Positions 29,282-38,937 are shown, numbered from the stretch's first letter. The stretch is DNA of 64,000 nt from Longimicrobiales bacterium (GCA_965116905.1 OZ220732.1:3872001-3936000); one strand, 5' to 3'. Numbers and translations: made by a program. The notes: a model not told the origin generated them from the letters alone.

Positions 29282-29319
29282 TTGCGCCTGCCTTTCCCTT
29301 TTGTCGCCAAGACCGATGA

Positions 29320-29655
29320 TCATCCGAACCCGAGTGTACAGACAAAGGAGCACGCCCCTACAGCAAACGGAGCCACCGACGCCAATGCTATTAGCCCGAG
29401 GATGCTCGCTCCGCCGCCTACTAGAATGGCTCCGGCGCACCCGAGGCAGCCTACCCTGGCAAGTGCCTGTCCGCCTTCGACCGCGGTAGCCTCTCGCTCG
29501 ACGGCCGTTCGAGCAGATCCCTGCACGTGAATGAGGTCCGCTGGCGTAGCCGCCCGCCCGCCGAGCGCATGCGGCTGCATCGAGCCGCTCGCGAGAGCAA
29601 GCAAGATCATCATCGCCGTGCCGACGTGTGCCTGTTTATGCGTTTTCATACTCAT
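29320..29655 (-). CDS. Precursor peptide 2 (signal + TAVEGG + CLGC-X28-CSFVC)
   Basis: GGAG upstream; several nearby Met codons (29667-29649). Confidence 0.85.
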   Translation of the reverse strand: MSMKTHKQAHVGTAMMILLALASGSMQPHALGGRAATPADLIHVQGSARTAVEREATAVEGGQALARVGCLGCAGAILVGGGASILGLIALASVAPFAVGACSFVCTLGFG

Positions 29656-29672
29656 GCTCATCTCCATGTCGA

Positions 29673-29963
29673 TCAGAAGATTGTCTCGTGACACGCGGCC
29701 ACACACCCGGCGAGCGCAACTGTCGAACCGTTTACAGCCATTGCTGCGATGATCCCGCCGGTCTTGACCAGAACGATGCCCGAGACGACGCAACCAAGGC
29801 AGATCGTGAACGCTCCCCATCCCCGACCCTCAACCGCGGTCGGTCCTCCGTCTCCCAACGCGGCGACCGGTGGCCCCCCGGTCAGCTGGGCTCCCTGTGC
29901 CGCGAGCAGCGCAAGGCAGAGCGCGTACACGGTGGCCCGCATTCGTCCTTTCCTCATCATCAT
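29673..29963 (-). CDS. Precursor peptide 1 (signal + TAVEGRG + CLGC-X28-CVAAC)
   Basis: AAGGAGGAGG RBS directly upstream. Confidence 0.85.
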   Translation of the reverse strand: MMMRKGRMRATVYALCLALLAAQGAQLTGGPPVAALGDGGPTAVEGRGWGAFTICLGCVVSGIVLVKTGGIIAAMAVNGSTVALAGCVAACHETIF

Positions 29964-30025
29964 CCTCCTCCTTCAGCGATTGTGAACAGAGCCGCAACGC
30001 CCCTCGCCGCGGCCGGAACCAGGGT

Positions 30026-30664
30026 CTACGCCGCGAGCACGATCGACTCGCCGGACCAGATCTCCTGGAATGCTTCTTCGCTGATCGAGTAGCGCCCCGC
30101 CGTGGGATCCACCACGGTCAGACGACCGGACGGCGATCGTCCGGTAACCGTCACGAAATGATTCCGGTTCACCCACGCGATGAACGGCGTACGCGCGTCG
30201 CGCAGGTCTGCCCGCGTGAGGCGTACCAGCGTGAGCGGCAGACCGAATCGGCCAGCGGCCCGAATCAGGCCGCCGGCGGTGGTTCCCCTCGGCCCCATGT
30301 CCGCGAGCACGGCGAGCGTGTCCGTCGAAGGGACCTCGACGCCGACCGCGCGCATCATGTTGGCGAGCGCAGCGGGTCCGCAGTCATTCAGGGCGGACTG
30401 GAAGACGACCGAGTCATCTCCCAGAAACTCCGCATTCAGCCTGGCCAGATCGACGCGTGCCGCGAGTCGCCCCATGCGGGGCAGGTCGGAGACTGCAAAC
30501 GCCGCGAGCAAGATCGTCGCGGGCACCAGCACCAGGGTCAGGATCGCTGTGCGGCGGCGATATGCGACGCGGTGCTCCGAGGGTGGTTTCGGACGGCAGG
30601 ACGCTTCGTGCCGGCTTTCAGGCATCCGGGGGACTCCGTTTTCGGTGGGTCGTGACTCAATCAA
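30026..30664 (-). CDS. Stand-alone C39 family cysteine peptidase with N-terminal TM anchor
   Basis: FQSALNDCGPAALA (Q,C), NHFV (H), VVDP..GR (D); start may be ATG 30625. Confidence 0.88.
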   Translation of the reverse strand: MIESRPTENGVPRMPESRHEASCRPKPPSEHRVAYRRRTAILTLVLVPATILLAAFAVSDLPRMGRLAARVDLARLNAEFLGDDSVVFQSALNDCGPAALANMMRAVGVEVPSTDTLAVLADMGPRGTTAGGLIRAAGRFGLPLTLVRLTRADLRDARTPFIAWVNRNHFVTVTGRSPSGRLTVVDPTAGRYSISEEAFQEIWSGESIVLAA

Positions 30665-30882
30665 GCGAGACCCACGGTACCCGCCCCGGATGTGCGTTTA
30701 CATGTCTGGTTGGGACAAACGGTTCCAGGAGCGCGATTCGCGCCCTTCAGGCACGCGATTCGGGGGCACGCCGACCCCCGAACACCCCCACGCGGCAGGA
30801 CACCCCGCCCCCACAGCCCCCCTCCGCTGGAGAGCGGCTCGCGCTGGGGAGCAGCTCGCCCGCGGCAGCGCCCCCACCCCGG

Positions 30883-31509
30883 CTACAGCGTCTTCAGGAC
30901 CTCCAGAATGTCCTCGTTGGTGGGCCGCACCCGGTAGTCCACCTCCACGAAGCGGTACCGCACGACGCCTTCCTTGTCGATCACGTAGGTGGCGGGATGC
31001 GGCAGAGGCCGGTTGGGAGGCGCGTTTTCGTTGAACAGGCCGTAGCGGTCGATCACGGCGTGGTCCGGGTCGGAGAGCATGATGAAGTCGGGGGCCATGC
31101 CGTCGCTGGCGGCCACCCGGTCGATCATCAGCTGCATTCCCTCCTCGTCATCCACCGACACCGTCACAATTTCGGTCTGGTCCTTGAGGTCGTCGGGCAA
31201 CAGGGCTCTCAGCTCCACGAGCTGACTGGCGCAGAACGGTCACCAGTGGCCCCGGTAAAAGACGAGCACGACGTTCTTGTCCCCACGGAAGCCCGAGAGC
31301 GCCACAGGGCCGCGGTCGAAGGACTCCAATGTGAACAGCGGCGCTTCGTCCCCGACAGCCACGCGCTCGATGTCGGTGCCCGGCAGGTCGTGACCGTCGG
31401 CCGGACCCAGGTCCTGTGCGCGAGTCGGGGTTGCGGTGGCAACCAGCCCCAGGAGGACCGGCAACGCGGCGAATCGCACGCCAGCCAGAAATCGAGTGGA
31501 TGGGAACAT
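30883..31509 (-). CDS. AhpC/TSA-like redoxin, probable selenoprotein (UxxC), secreted
   Basis: In-frame TGA at 31242-31240 in VFYRGHW-U-PFC joins two track ORFs; signal peptide ending TRA-Q. Confidence 0.85.
31209..31225 (-). promoter_or_regulatory. Candidate bacterial SECIS hairpin
   Basis: UCAGCUC-GUG-GAGCUGA starting 14 nt after the UGA. Confidence 0.55.
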
Positions 31510-31582
31510 GTTTGTGGTCCGTTGCAAAGTGGCGGATTCGGACCGGGTACACGCCCGGTTCCGGGACACCTATGTTAATCGC

Positions 31583-33241
31583 ATGTGCTCAGTCCTCGCC
31601 ATCCTGGAGTTGGACCCCACGGATCCGCCGCCCCGCGACCGGGTCCTGACGCTATCGAAGCTGCAGCGACACCGCGGCCCCGACTGGTCCGGCGTTTTCA
31701 CTCACGAGCGCGCCGTCCTCGCCCACAACCGCCTCGCCATCGTGGATGTGGAACACGGCGCCCAGCCGCTGCAGAACGCCGACGGCACCCACGTCCTGGC
31801 CGTCAACGGCGAGATCTACAACCACCGCCAGCTCGAGTCCGAGCTCGGAAGCCCCTATCGGTTCCTCACCAGAAGCGACTGCGAGGTCATCCTTGCCCTG
31901 TACGCGGAGCACGGAAGCGACTTCCTGGATCGTCTGAACGGGATCTTCGCCTTCGTACTGTACGACCTGGAGCAGGACCGGTACCTCGTGGGACGCGACC
32001 ACCTCGGCATCGTCCCCCTGTACACCGGCTACGACGACGACGGCCGGTTCCATGTCGCGTCCGAAATGAAGGCCCTGACGCCGGTCTGCCGCACGGTCTC
32101 CGAATTCCCGCCCGGACACCTTCTCGATTCCTCGGAGGGCACGCCCCGACCGTACTACAAGCGGGCCTGGCGGAACTTCGGCGCCGCGACGGAGGATCCC
32201 GACCCGTCACGCATCCGCGAGGCGCTCGAGGCCGCCGTGCACCGGCAGCTCATGTCCGACGTGCCCTACGGCGTGCTCCTGTCCGGAGGACTGGACTCCT
32301 CCATCGTGTCCGCTGTGGCGCGGCGCTTTTCGCGAAACCGGATCGAGGATGACGACCGCACCGAGGCGTGGTGGCCCCGCCTGCATTCGTTCTGCATCGG
32401 GCTGGAGGGATCCCCCGACCTGGCCGCCGCCCGCGTCGTGGCCGACCACATCGGCACCGTGCACCACGAGTTCCACTTCACCGTGCAGGACGGACTGGAC
32501 GCGCTCTCCGACGTCATTCATCACCTGGAGACCTACGACGTGACGACCGTGCGGGCCGCCACGCCGATGTACCTGATGGCCCGGCGCATTCGCACCCTGG
32601 GGATCAAGATGGTGCTGTCGGGCGAGGGCGCCGACGAGGTGTTCGGGGGCTACCTGTACTTCCATCGGGCGCCCGACCCCCGCTCATTCCACGAAGAGAC
32701 CGTCCGCAAGATCGACCGGCTGCACCAGTACGACTGTCTGCGCGCCAACAAGGCCATGGCCGCGTGGGGAATCGAGGCCCGCGTCCCCTTCCTCGACAAG
32801 GAATTCCTGGACGTGGCCATGTCGATCGATCCGGCCGGCAAGATGCCCGGCGGCGGCATCGAGAAGCGCATCCTTCGCGAAGCCTTCACCGACTACCTCC
32901 CGGCCGAGGTGGTGTGGCGGCAGAAGGAGCAGTTCTCGGACGGCGTGGGGTATTCCTGGATCGACTCGCTGAAGGAATTCGCGGAGAAGAGCGTGAGCGA
33001 CCGCAAGATGGCCAGCGCCCCCTTCCGCTTCCCCCACAACCCTCCCGCCGACAAGGAAGCGTACCTGTACCGGCGGATCTTCGAGTCGCATTTCCCGCTG
33101 CCGGCCGCCGCTCACTGTGTGCCAGGCGGACCCAGCGTCGCGTGCTCCACACCCGAGGCGCTGGCGTGGGACGAGGTGTTGTCGAAGACGCTCGACCCTT
33201 CGGGACGGGCGGTTGCCGGAGTGCACGAGGCCGCCTACTGA
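31583..33241 (+). CDS. asnB: Asparagine synthase (glutamine-hydrolysing)
   Basis: Met-Cys start, HRGPD, NGEIYNH, LSGGLDSS, SGEGADE, RQKEQFSDGVG. Confidence 0.95.
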   Translation: MCSVLAILELDPTDPPPRDRVLTLSKLQRHRGPDWSGVFTHERAVLAHNRLAIVDVEHGAQPLQNADGTHVLAVNGEIYNHRQLESELGSPYRFLTRSDCEVILALYAEHGSDFLDRLNGIFAFVLYDLEQDRYLVGRDHLGIVPLYTGYDDDGRFHVASEMKALTPVCRTVSEFPPGHLLDSSEGTPRPYYKRAWRNFGAATEDPDPSRIREALEAAVHRQLMSDVPYGVLLSGGLDSSIVSAVARRFSRNRIEDDDRTEAWWPRLHSFCIGLEGSPDLAAARVVADHIGTVHHEFHFTVQDGLDALSDVIHHLETYDVTTVRAATPMYLMARRIRTLGIKMVLSGEGADEVFGGYLYFHRAPDPRSFHEETVRKIDRLHQYDCLRANKAMAAWGIEARVPFLDKEFLDVAMSIDPAGKMPGGGIEKRILREAFTDYLPAEVVWRQKEQFSDGVGYSWIDSLKEFAEKSVSDRKMASAPFRFPHNPPADKEAYLYRRIFESHFPLPAAAHCVPGGPSVACSTPEALAWDEVLSKTLDPSGRAVAGVHEAAY

Positions 33242-33316
33242 GGCTGAAAACCCGGCTCGCCCTCCGCAAACGGCCGGCCGCCCTTCGCCGGGCTGCGGCT
33301 CGGAGGCGTTGCGCGG

Positions 33317-34711
33317 CTAGTCCGTAGCCGACCTCCCCGCCTTCAGGTAGTCCAGCAGCAGGTTGGTCATCGCGCGGATCCCGACCGGCACGGCGGAGTT
33401 GTCCGCCTGGAAGTCCGGCGTATGGTGGCCACCCGAGGTCCCGCCGGGAATGACCTGTCCCAGACGGAAGAAGAACCCGGGGACTTCGTTGGCGAAGTAC
33501 GCGAAGTCCTCGCCGCCCATCGTCGGATCCAGGTCGACGACGTTCTCCTCGCCCACGACTCTCGCCAGCGTGGGCAGCATGCGTTCGCCGAGCGCCGGGT
33601 CGTTGATCGTGGCCGGCGTCCCCCGGTCGTAGTCCAGCTCGTAGGTGCCGCCCCCCGCCGCCGTGATCCCGGCCAGGATCTCGCCCATGCGCTGCTCGAC
33701 CGCGTCGCGCACGTCGGGGTTGTAGGTGCGTACCGTACCCTCCATCTCGACCACGTGCGGGATGATGTTGAAGCGGGTGCCGCCCCGGATGATCCCCACC
33801 GTCACCACGCTGGGCTCGAGCGGGGGCAGGTTGCGCGACCGGATGGTCTGGAATGCGCTGACCGCCTGGGACGCCATCATGATCGGGTCGATCCCGAGAT
33901 GGGGCGCGGCGCCGTGGGACTGCAGCCCCAGGATACGGATCTTGAAGTGGTCCACGGCCGCGAGCGCCGGTCCGGAGGTGAACCCGACCTTGCCCACCTC
34001 CATCTCGGCGAAGGAGTGGAGGCCGAAGATCGCGCTCGGGGCGGGATCCTGCAGGACGCCCTCGGCCACCATCATGCGCGCGCCGCCGTCCTCACCCGGC
34101 GGAGGCCCTTCCTCGGCCGGCTGGAAGATGAACTTGACCGTCCCCGGCAGCTCGTCGCGCATGCCGGCCAGCACCGACGCCACGCCCAGCTGCACGGCGA
34201 CGTGGATGTCGTGGCCGCACGCATGGGATACCCCCACCTCCTGGCCCAGGTAGGTGGTGCGCACCGTGGACCGGAAGGAGTAGGGCGTCATCTCGGTGAC
34301 CGGAAGCGCGTCCATGTCGGCCCGCACCGCCACCACCGGGCCGGGCAGGCCGCCGCGGAGAATGCCCACGACGCCCGTGTGCGCGATCCCCGTGTGCACT
34401 TCGTCGAAGCCGAGCGCGCGCAGGTGGTCGGCGACCAGCGCCGCCGTGTTGAATTCGCGGTTGCCGAGCTCGGGATACTGATGGATGTGCTCCCGCAGGC
34501 GAATGATCGTGTCCTGGACGGTGGCCACCAGCTCGTCGACGCGCGGGTCCTGAGCGGCCGCGGGCGAAAAGGGACCAGCCAGGGCGAGTCCGGCCGTCAC
34601 CGCCAGCGAGGCCGCGGCGACTCGAATGGCGGCGGCGACTGGAATGGCCGCGGCGACTCGCTTGGCGGAAGCGGGGCGCATTGCCCGGATGCGTTCGTCG
34701 TTCATCTTCAT
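33317..34711 (-). CDS. M20 amidohydrolase, secreted
   Basis: H..PEL, RADMDALP, HACGHD, FQPAEE, GEDF. Confidence 0.92.
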   Translation of the reverse strand: MKMNDERIRAMRPASAKRVAAAIPVAAAIRVAAASLAVTAGLALAGPFSPAAAQDPRVDELVATVQDTIIRLREHIHQYPELGNREFNTAALVADHLRALGFDEVHTGIAHTGVVGILRGGLPGPVVAVRADMDALPVTEMTPYSFRSTVRTTYLGQEVGVSHACGHDIHVAVQLGVASVLAGMRDELPGTVKFIFQPAEEGPPPGEDGGARMMVAEGVLQDPAPSAIFGLHSFAEMEVGKVGFTSGPALAAVDHFKIRILGLQSHGAAPHLGIDPIMMASQAVSAFQTIRSRNLPPLEPSVVTVGIIRGGTRFNIIPHVVEMEGTVRTYNPDVRDAVEQRMGEILAGITAAGGGTYELDYDRGTPATINDPALGERMLPTLARVVGEENVVDLDPTMGGEDFAYFANEVPGFFFRLGQVIPGGTSGGHHTPDFQADNSAVPVGIRAMTNLLLDYLKAGRSATD

Positions 34712-35658
34712 CGTTCCATCCCTCCAGCGAGGCTCTGATAGACGGCGCGCACGAACCGCTCGGGGTTGGCGCCCCACACATCGTCGAGATCGGCCGTGGG
34801 GGCTGCGGCGACCACCTGATCTTCCGTGCGTCCGTTGGCCACCAGGCTCGCCACGCGCATGCGCACGGTCTCGAGCATGTCGCGGTACTCGCGCAGATGT
34901 TCCGGCGACGCGAGATCTCCGTGACCCGGCATGATCCTCGTGCCGTCGTTCGAACGTTCCAGCACGAAGTTGGCCGCCGCGATGACACCGTCGACGCCGC
35001 CGCCACTGTCCATGTCGACGAACGGGTAGCGGCCGCGGAAGAACGTGTCCCCCATGTGGAAGACGTTGGCCCGCGGGAAGTGCACGATCGCGTCGCCGTC
35101 CGTGTGGGCCTTGCCGATGTGCGTCACGTCGATGTGCCGGCCGTTCCAATGAAACTGAACGCCGTCGTCGAATGTGACGACGGGAAGGGCAGCGCGCGGC
35201 GCCTGGCTGGACCGGCCCACCAGGTCCGCGAACTCGGCCGGGTTCATCCGCCGATAGACATTCCGGTGGGCGACAATCATGGCGCCGGCGTCGCCCAGAT
35301 TCTCGTTGCCCCCGGTATGGTCACCGTGCCAGTGGGTGTTGAGCACCCAGCGAACAGGCTGGTCGGTCACCTCCGCGACCGCCGCGAGGATCTTCGCCGT
35401 CAAGGGCGCGAACTGGTCGTCGATGAGGAACGCGCCATCCTCTCCCACGGACAATCCGATGTTCCCGCCCCGTCCCATCAGCATGAACAGGTCGCTCTCG
35501 AGGGGGATGGTGGTGATCTCCACATCCGACATGTCCTGCTGCGCCCCCAACGTGCCCGCGCCGACACACGCCAGCGCGGCCGCGAGGACAACTGCGGCCG
35601 ACGCGGCTCCGGCCAGACGGCCCGACTCTCCCGCAAAGTCAATCCTCATACCACGCAT
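34708..35658 (-). CDS. Metallo-beta-lactamase fold hydrolase (cyclase-like)
   Basis: THWHGDHTGGN, HTDGD, PGHG. Confidence 0.9.
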   Translation of the reverse strand: MRGMRIDFAGESGRLAGAASAAVVLAAALACVGAGTLGAQQDMSDVEITTIPLESDLFMLMGRGGNIGLSVGEDGAFLIDDQFAPLTAKILAAVAEVTDQPVRWVLNTHWHGDHTGGNENLGDAGAMIVAHRNVYRRMNPAEFADLVGRSSQAPRAALPVVTFDDGVQFHWNGRHIDVTHIGKAHTDGDAIVHFPRANVFHMGDTFFRGRYPFVDMDSGGGVDGVIAAANFVLERSNDGTRIMPGHGDLASPEHLREYRDMLETVRMRVASLVANGRTEDQVVAAAPTADLDDVWGANPERFVRAVYQSLAGGMER

Positions 35659-35801
35659 CTCCCGTTCCTGTTGATTCGGCCTGCGCCCCCGACAAACCGG
35701 GCCGTCGGCGCTCGCATCCGTTTGACGCCGGGCGTGATCGCCCTACCTATTGTCTAACCAACGGCCTATTCGGTGGCAATTACCAGGATGGAAGAGCGAC
35801 C

Positions 35802-36677
35802 ATGAGCAGACTTACTGAAGCGGGCGTCAGGCGGGTCGACGCAGAGGCCTCCCGGCGCTTCCGCAACCTGCTGCGCAACACGCTGGTTCTCGTCCCGTTC
35901 GTGCTTGCGTGCGCAGAGGCACCTCCCGCCGCGTACGCGGAGCCAGCCCCCGAACTGCCCCCCGCGATCATCGGCGAGGGAGGGGCTCTCGAGGGCAGCG
36001 CCGTCAACTACGTGGACGGGGACGAACTCACGACCGGCTACCTCGCCGTTCCGGACGGCGACGGTCCGTTTCCGGCGCTGGTGATCATCCACGAGTGGAA
36101 CGGCCTCCAGGACCGCGTTCGCCAGCTCACCGACGACTTCGCGGACGAGGGGTACGTAACCCTCGCGGCGGACCTGTTTCGCGGGCGCACCGGCTCCAAC
36201 CCGGACGAGAACATGGCGCTGGTCCGCGAAGCGCAGTCGGATCCGGAGGCGATGATCGCGAACCTCAATGCCGCGGTGGCCCACCTCAAGGGCCGTCCCG
36301 ATGTTACCGGACGGGTCGGCGCCATGGGATGGTGTTTCGGTGGAGGGGTCGCGCTCTCGTTCGGTCTCGACGGTGTGAATCACGAAGCGACCGCGATCTT
36401 CTACGGTCGCCTCGTGGATGACCCGGAGGTCGTCGCCCGGCTGGACCACGAGGTGTACGGCACCTTCGCCGCGCTCGACAACGGTCCGTCCCCGCAGTCC
36501 GTCGCGGCGTTCGAGAATGCGCTGCGGGCCGCTGGCGTCGAGCACGACCTGCACATCTATGACGATGTGAACCACGGCTTCTGGCTGCGCGTGGACGGCG
36601 ACCCGGATGTGCGCGGTGCGCCGGCCGCCGACGCCTGGGAACGTCTGAAGGCGTACCTGCAGAGGACGCTCGGCTGA
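35802..36677 (+). CDS. Dienelactone hydrolase family lipoprotein
   Basis: IHEW.GL, GWCFGG, HGF. Confidence 0.9.
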   Translation: MSRLTEAGVRRVDAEASRRFRNLLRNTLVLVPFVLACAEAPPAAYAEPAPELPPAIIGEGGALEGSAVNYVDGDELTTGYLAVPDGDGPFPALVIIHEWNGLQDRVRQLTDDFADEGYVTLAADLFRGRTGSNPDENMALVREAQSDPEAMIANLNAAVAHLKGRPDVTGRVGAMGWCFGGGVALSFGLDGVNHEATAIFYGRLVDDPEVVARLDHEVYGTFAALDNGPSPQSVAAFENALRAAGVEHDLHIYDDVNHGFWLRVDGDPDVRGAPAADAWERLKAYLQRTLG

Positions 36678-36870
36678 TGCCGGGTGCCAGGCCGGGTCGA
36701 GCCGATCGGGGGAATCGGATCGGCCGGGTGTCACCCCGCGTGGACGCCCACTGTCCCCACGGGAGGATACGCGGGGGCGGCGCCGGCCTGAAAGCGCCGT
36801 CACGGCACATGGCCAGAGCGGCACGGGTCTTGCGCTAGAGTATCGCCGAACCCGCAACCAGGAGACCGAA

Positions 36871-37653
36871 ATGCTCGGTAAAGAACGGAGTTTCGGGGCA
36901 GCGACCGTGTTTGGGCGCCTCCTTGTCCTTCTCCTGCTGGCGGCATCCGTGCCGGCGCCGGTGAACGCCCAGAACCGCGACTTCCTGTTCGGAACACCCA
37001 GGGCGACCTTCACGTTCAGGGCCGGGCTCCACATGCCCCGCGCCGGGAGCGGCGACGGCACTCAAAGCCTGTGGGATCTGACCCGCCAGGAGTTGACGGT
37101 CGATACGCGGGATCTGGCCGGGGCATCGATCGGCGGGGATCTCGCGGTCCGCGCCACGCCGCGGTTGGACCTGCTCCTCAGCGTGGGATACACCAACGCC
37201 AGGACCAGGTCGGAGTTCCGGGAGTGGGTGGACAACGACGATCTTCCGATCGAGCAGACCACCGAGTTCTCGATCCGCCCCATCACCGCCGGCGTGAAGG
37301 CCTACCTGAAGGACCGGGGGAGAGCCATCGGCCGCTTCGCGTGGATTCCGGAAACATGGAACCCCTACGTGGGTGTCGCCGGCGGCATCGTGTCGTACCG
37401 CTTTGTACAGCACGGCGACTTCATCGACTTCGAAACCCTGGAGATCTTCGGCGACCGCTTTTATTCGCGGGACAGGGGCGCTACGATACAATTGTTCAGC
37501 GGGATGGACGTCGCCGTGAACGGTCGGATACTGTTTGTGGGCGAGGCGAAGTACGGCTTCGCAAGCGCCCCGCTCTCGGCCGATTTCGTGGGCTTCCCGG
37601 ATCTCGACCTGGCGGGTCTGCAGGTCACGTTCGGGATCGGATTCAGGCTGTGA
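36871..37653 (+). CDS. Outer-membrane beta-barrel protein
   Basis: Signal peptide, amphipathic strands, PYVG.AGG, C-terminal GIGFRL. Confidence 0.75.
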   Translation: MLGKERSFGAATVFGRLLVLLLLAASVPAPVNAQNRDFLFGTPRATFTFRAGLHMPRAGSGDGTQSLWDLTRQELTVDTRDLAGASIGGDLAVRATPRLDLLLSVGYTNARTRSEFREWVDNDDLPIEQTTEFSIRPITAGVKAYLKDRGRAIGRFAWIPETWNPYVGVAGGIVSYRFVQHGDFIDFETLEIFGDRFYSRDRGATIQLFSGMDVAVNGRILFVGEAKYGFASAPLSADFVGFPDLDLAGLQVTFGIGFRL

Positions 37654-37721
37654 CGGCGAACGCACCGGGGCGGACGCTCCCGGCACGGAGGAAAACAATG
37701 CGCGATGCAAGGGGATCAGAC

Positions 37722-38930
37722 ATGTTGACGAGAACGAAGGGCATCAGTGTGCTGGCCGGGCTCCTGCTCGCTGCCATTCCCGGCGCCGTGCAGGCGCAAA
37801 CCGGCGAGACGCGGGCGGGGTGGCAGCCCTACCTCGGTTGCTGGCAGCCGAACACGCCGACCCAGGCCGAATGGCCCGCCGCCGACGAGGCTGCCGCGGA
37901 CCGGGGCATCCTCTGCTTCGTACCGAGCGGCGCCGACGTGGAGATGCTCACCATCGTGGACGGTGAAATCACGCACCGCGAGAACTACTTCGCCGACGGG
38001 CAGCCGCACCCGGTCGAGCAGGACGACTGCCGCGGGACGGAGTCGGCCAGGTTTTCCGACGACGGCCGCCGTCTGTACACGACGTCCAACCTGACCTGCG
38101 ACAACGGAACGGTCCGCAACAGCACCGGCATCATCTCGATGCCGGGCCCCGGGGAGTGGCTGGATGTGCGGGCGCTTCGGGCAAACGGCGGCACCACCGC
38201 CTGGTCGCAGTGGTACACCCACGCCGATGACTCCGTGCTGGCGGACCTGGGGCTCCCGAGGCGCACCGAGCCGCTCCCGTTCGTCCTGCAGGGGGCCGAG
38301 TTCTTTGCGGCTGCCCGCGTCACGATCGACGACGTGATCGACGCTTCGCTCAATGTCGATGCGAAGGCCGTCGCGGGCTGGATCGCACAGATCCGGCAGG
38401 AGTTCGACGGACTGGATTCCGAACAGCTGATCCGGCTGGACGACGCCGGGGTGCCGGCGGAAGTGATCGATGTCATCGTAGCCATCTCCTACCCGCAGCA
38501 TTTCGCGCTCGGAGGCGGTGCCGCGCTCGCGGATGAAGCGTACGGCTCGGACCAGCGAACCCACCGCCGCGTGTACATGACCAGCCCCTTCGGCTACTAC
38601 TACTCGCCCCTGATGTACGGATACGGGCGCTACGGGCGCTACGGCTATGGCTATCCCGGCTACTACGGCTACGGATCGAGCTACTGGGGTGGATGGGGCG
38701 GCGGCTACTACAGGCCGGTCGTCGTGGACGTCAATCGCGCGCCGTCAAGATCCAGCGGTGGCCGAGTGATCGCCGGCAGGGGATATCGCGGTCCGCGGTC
38801 GGTCAGTACGGGCGGCGGGTACTCGGGGGGCAGGAGCGTCGGGTCCGTTAGCGGCCGCAGCTCCGGGGCAAGCGCGAGTTCCGGCCGGAGCAGCAGTGGC
38901 CGAACCGCCAAGCGCCGCGGCGGAAAATGA
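37722..38930 (+). CDS. Hypothetical secreted protein with Tyr/Gly- and Ser/Arg-rich tail
   Basis: Signal peptide ending VQA-Q; low-complexity C-terminus. Confidence 0.7.
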   Translation: MLTRTKGISVLAGLLLAAIPGAVQAQTGETRAGWQPYLGCWQPNTPTQAEWPAADEAAADRGILCFVPSGADVEMLTIVDGEITHRENYFADGQPHPVEQDDCRGTESARFSDDGRRLYTTSNLTCDNGTVRNSTGIISMPGPGEWLDVRALRANGGTTAWSQWYTHADDSVLADLGLPRRTEPLPFVLQGAEFFAAARVTIDDVIDASLNVDAKAVAGWIAQIRQEFDGLDSEQLIRLDDAGVPAEVIDVIVAISYPQHFALGGGAALADEAYGSDQRTHRRVYMTSPFGYYYSPLMYGYGRYGRYGYGYPGYYGYGSSYWGGWGGGYYRPVVVDVNRAPSRSSGGRVIAGRGYRGPRSVSTGGGYSGGRSVGSVSGRSSGASASSGRSSSGRTAKRRGGK

Positions 38931-38937
38931 CCTGCCC

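Noticed and set aside
28342..29963. Precursors as glycocins, sactipeptides, lanthipeptides or circular bacteriocins
   Set aside because: No glycosyltransferase, radical SAM, LanB/C/M or recognisable SpoIIM/DUF95 gene in the cluster; Cys spacing differs from the glycocin pattern.
31583..33241. asnB as a lasso-peptide cyclase for the nearby precursors
   Set aside because: Full-length housekeeping AsnB with Cys2 glutaminase domain, on the opposite strand; no lasso B protein or RRE; precursors lack lasso features.
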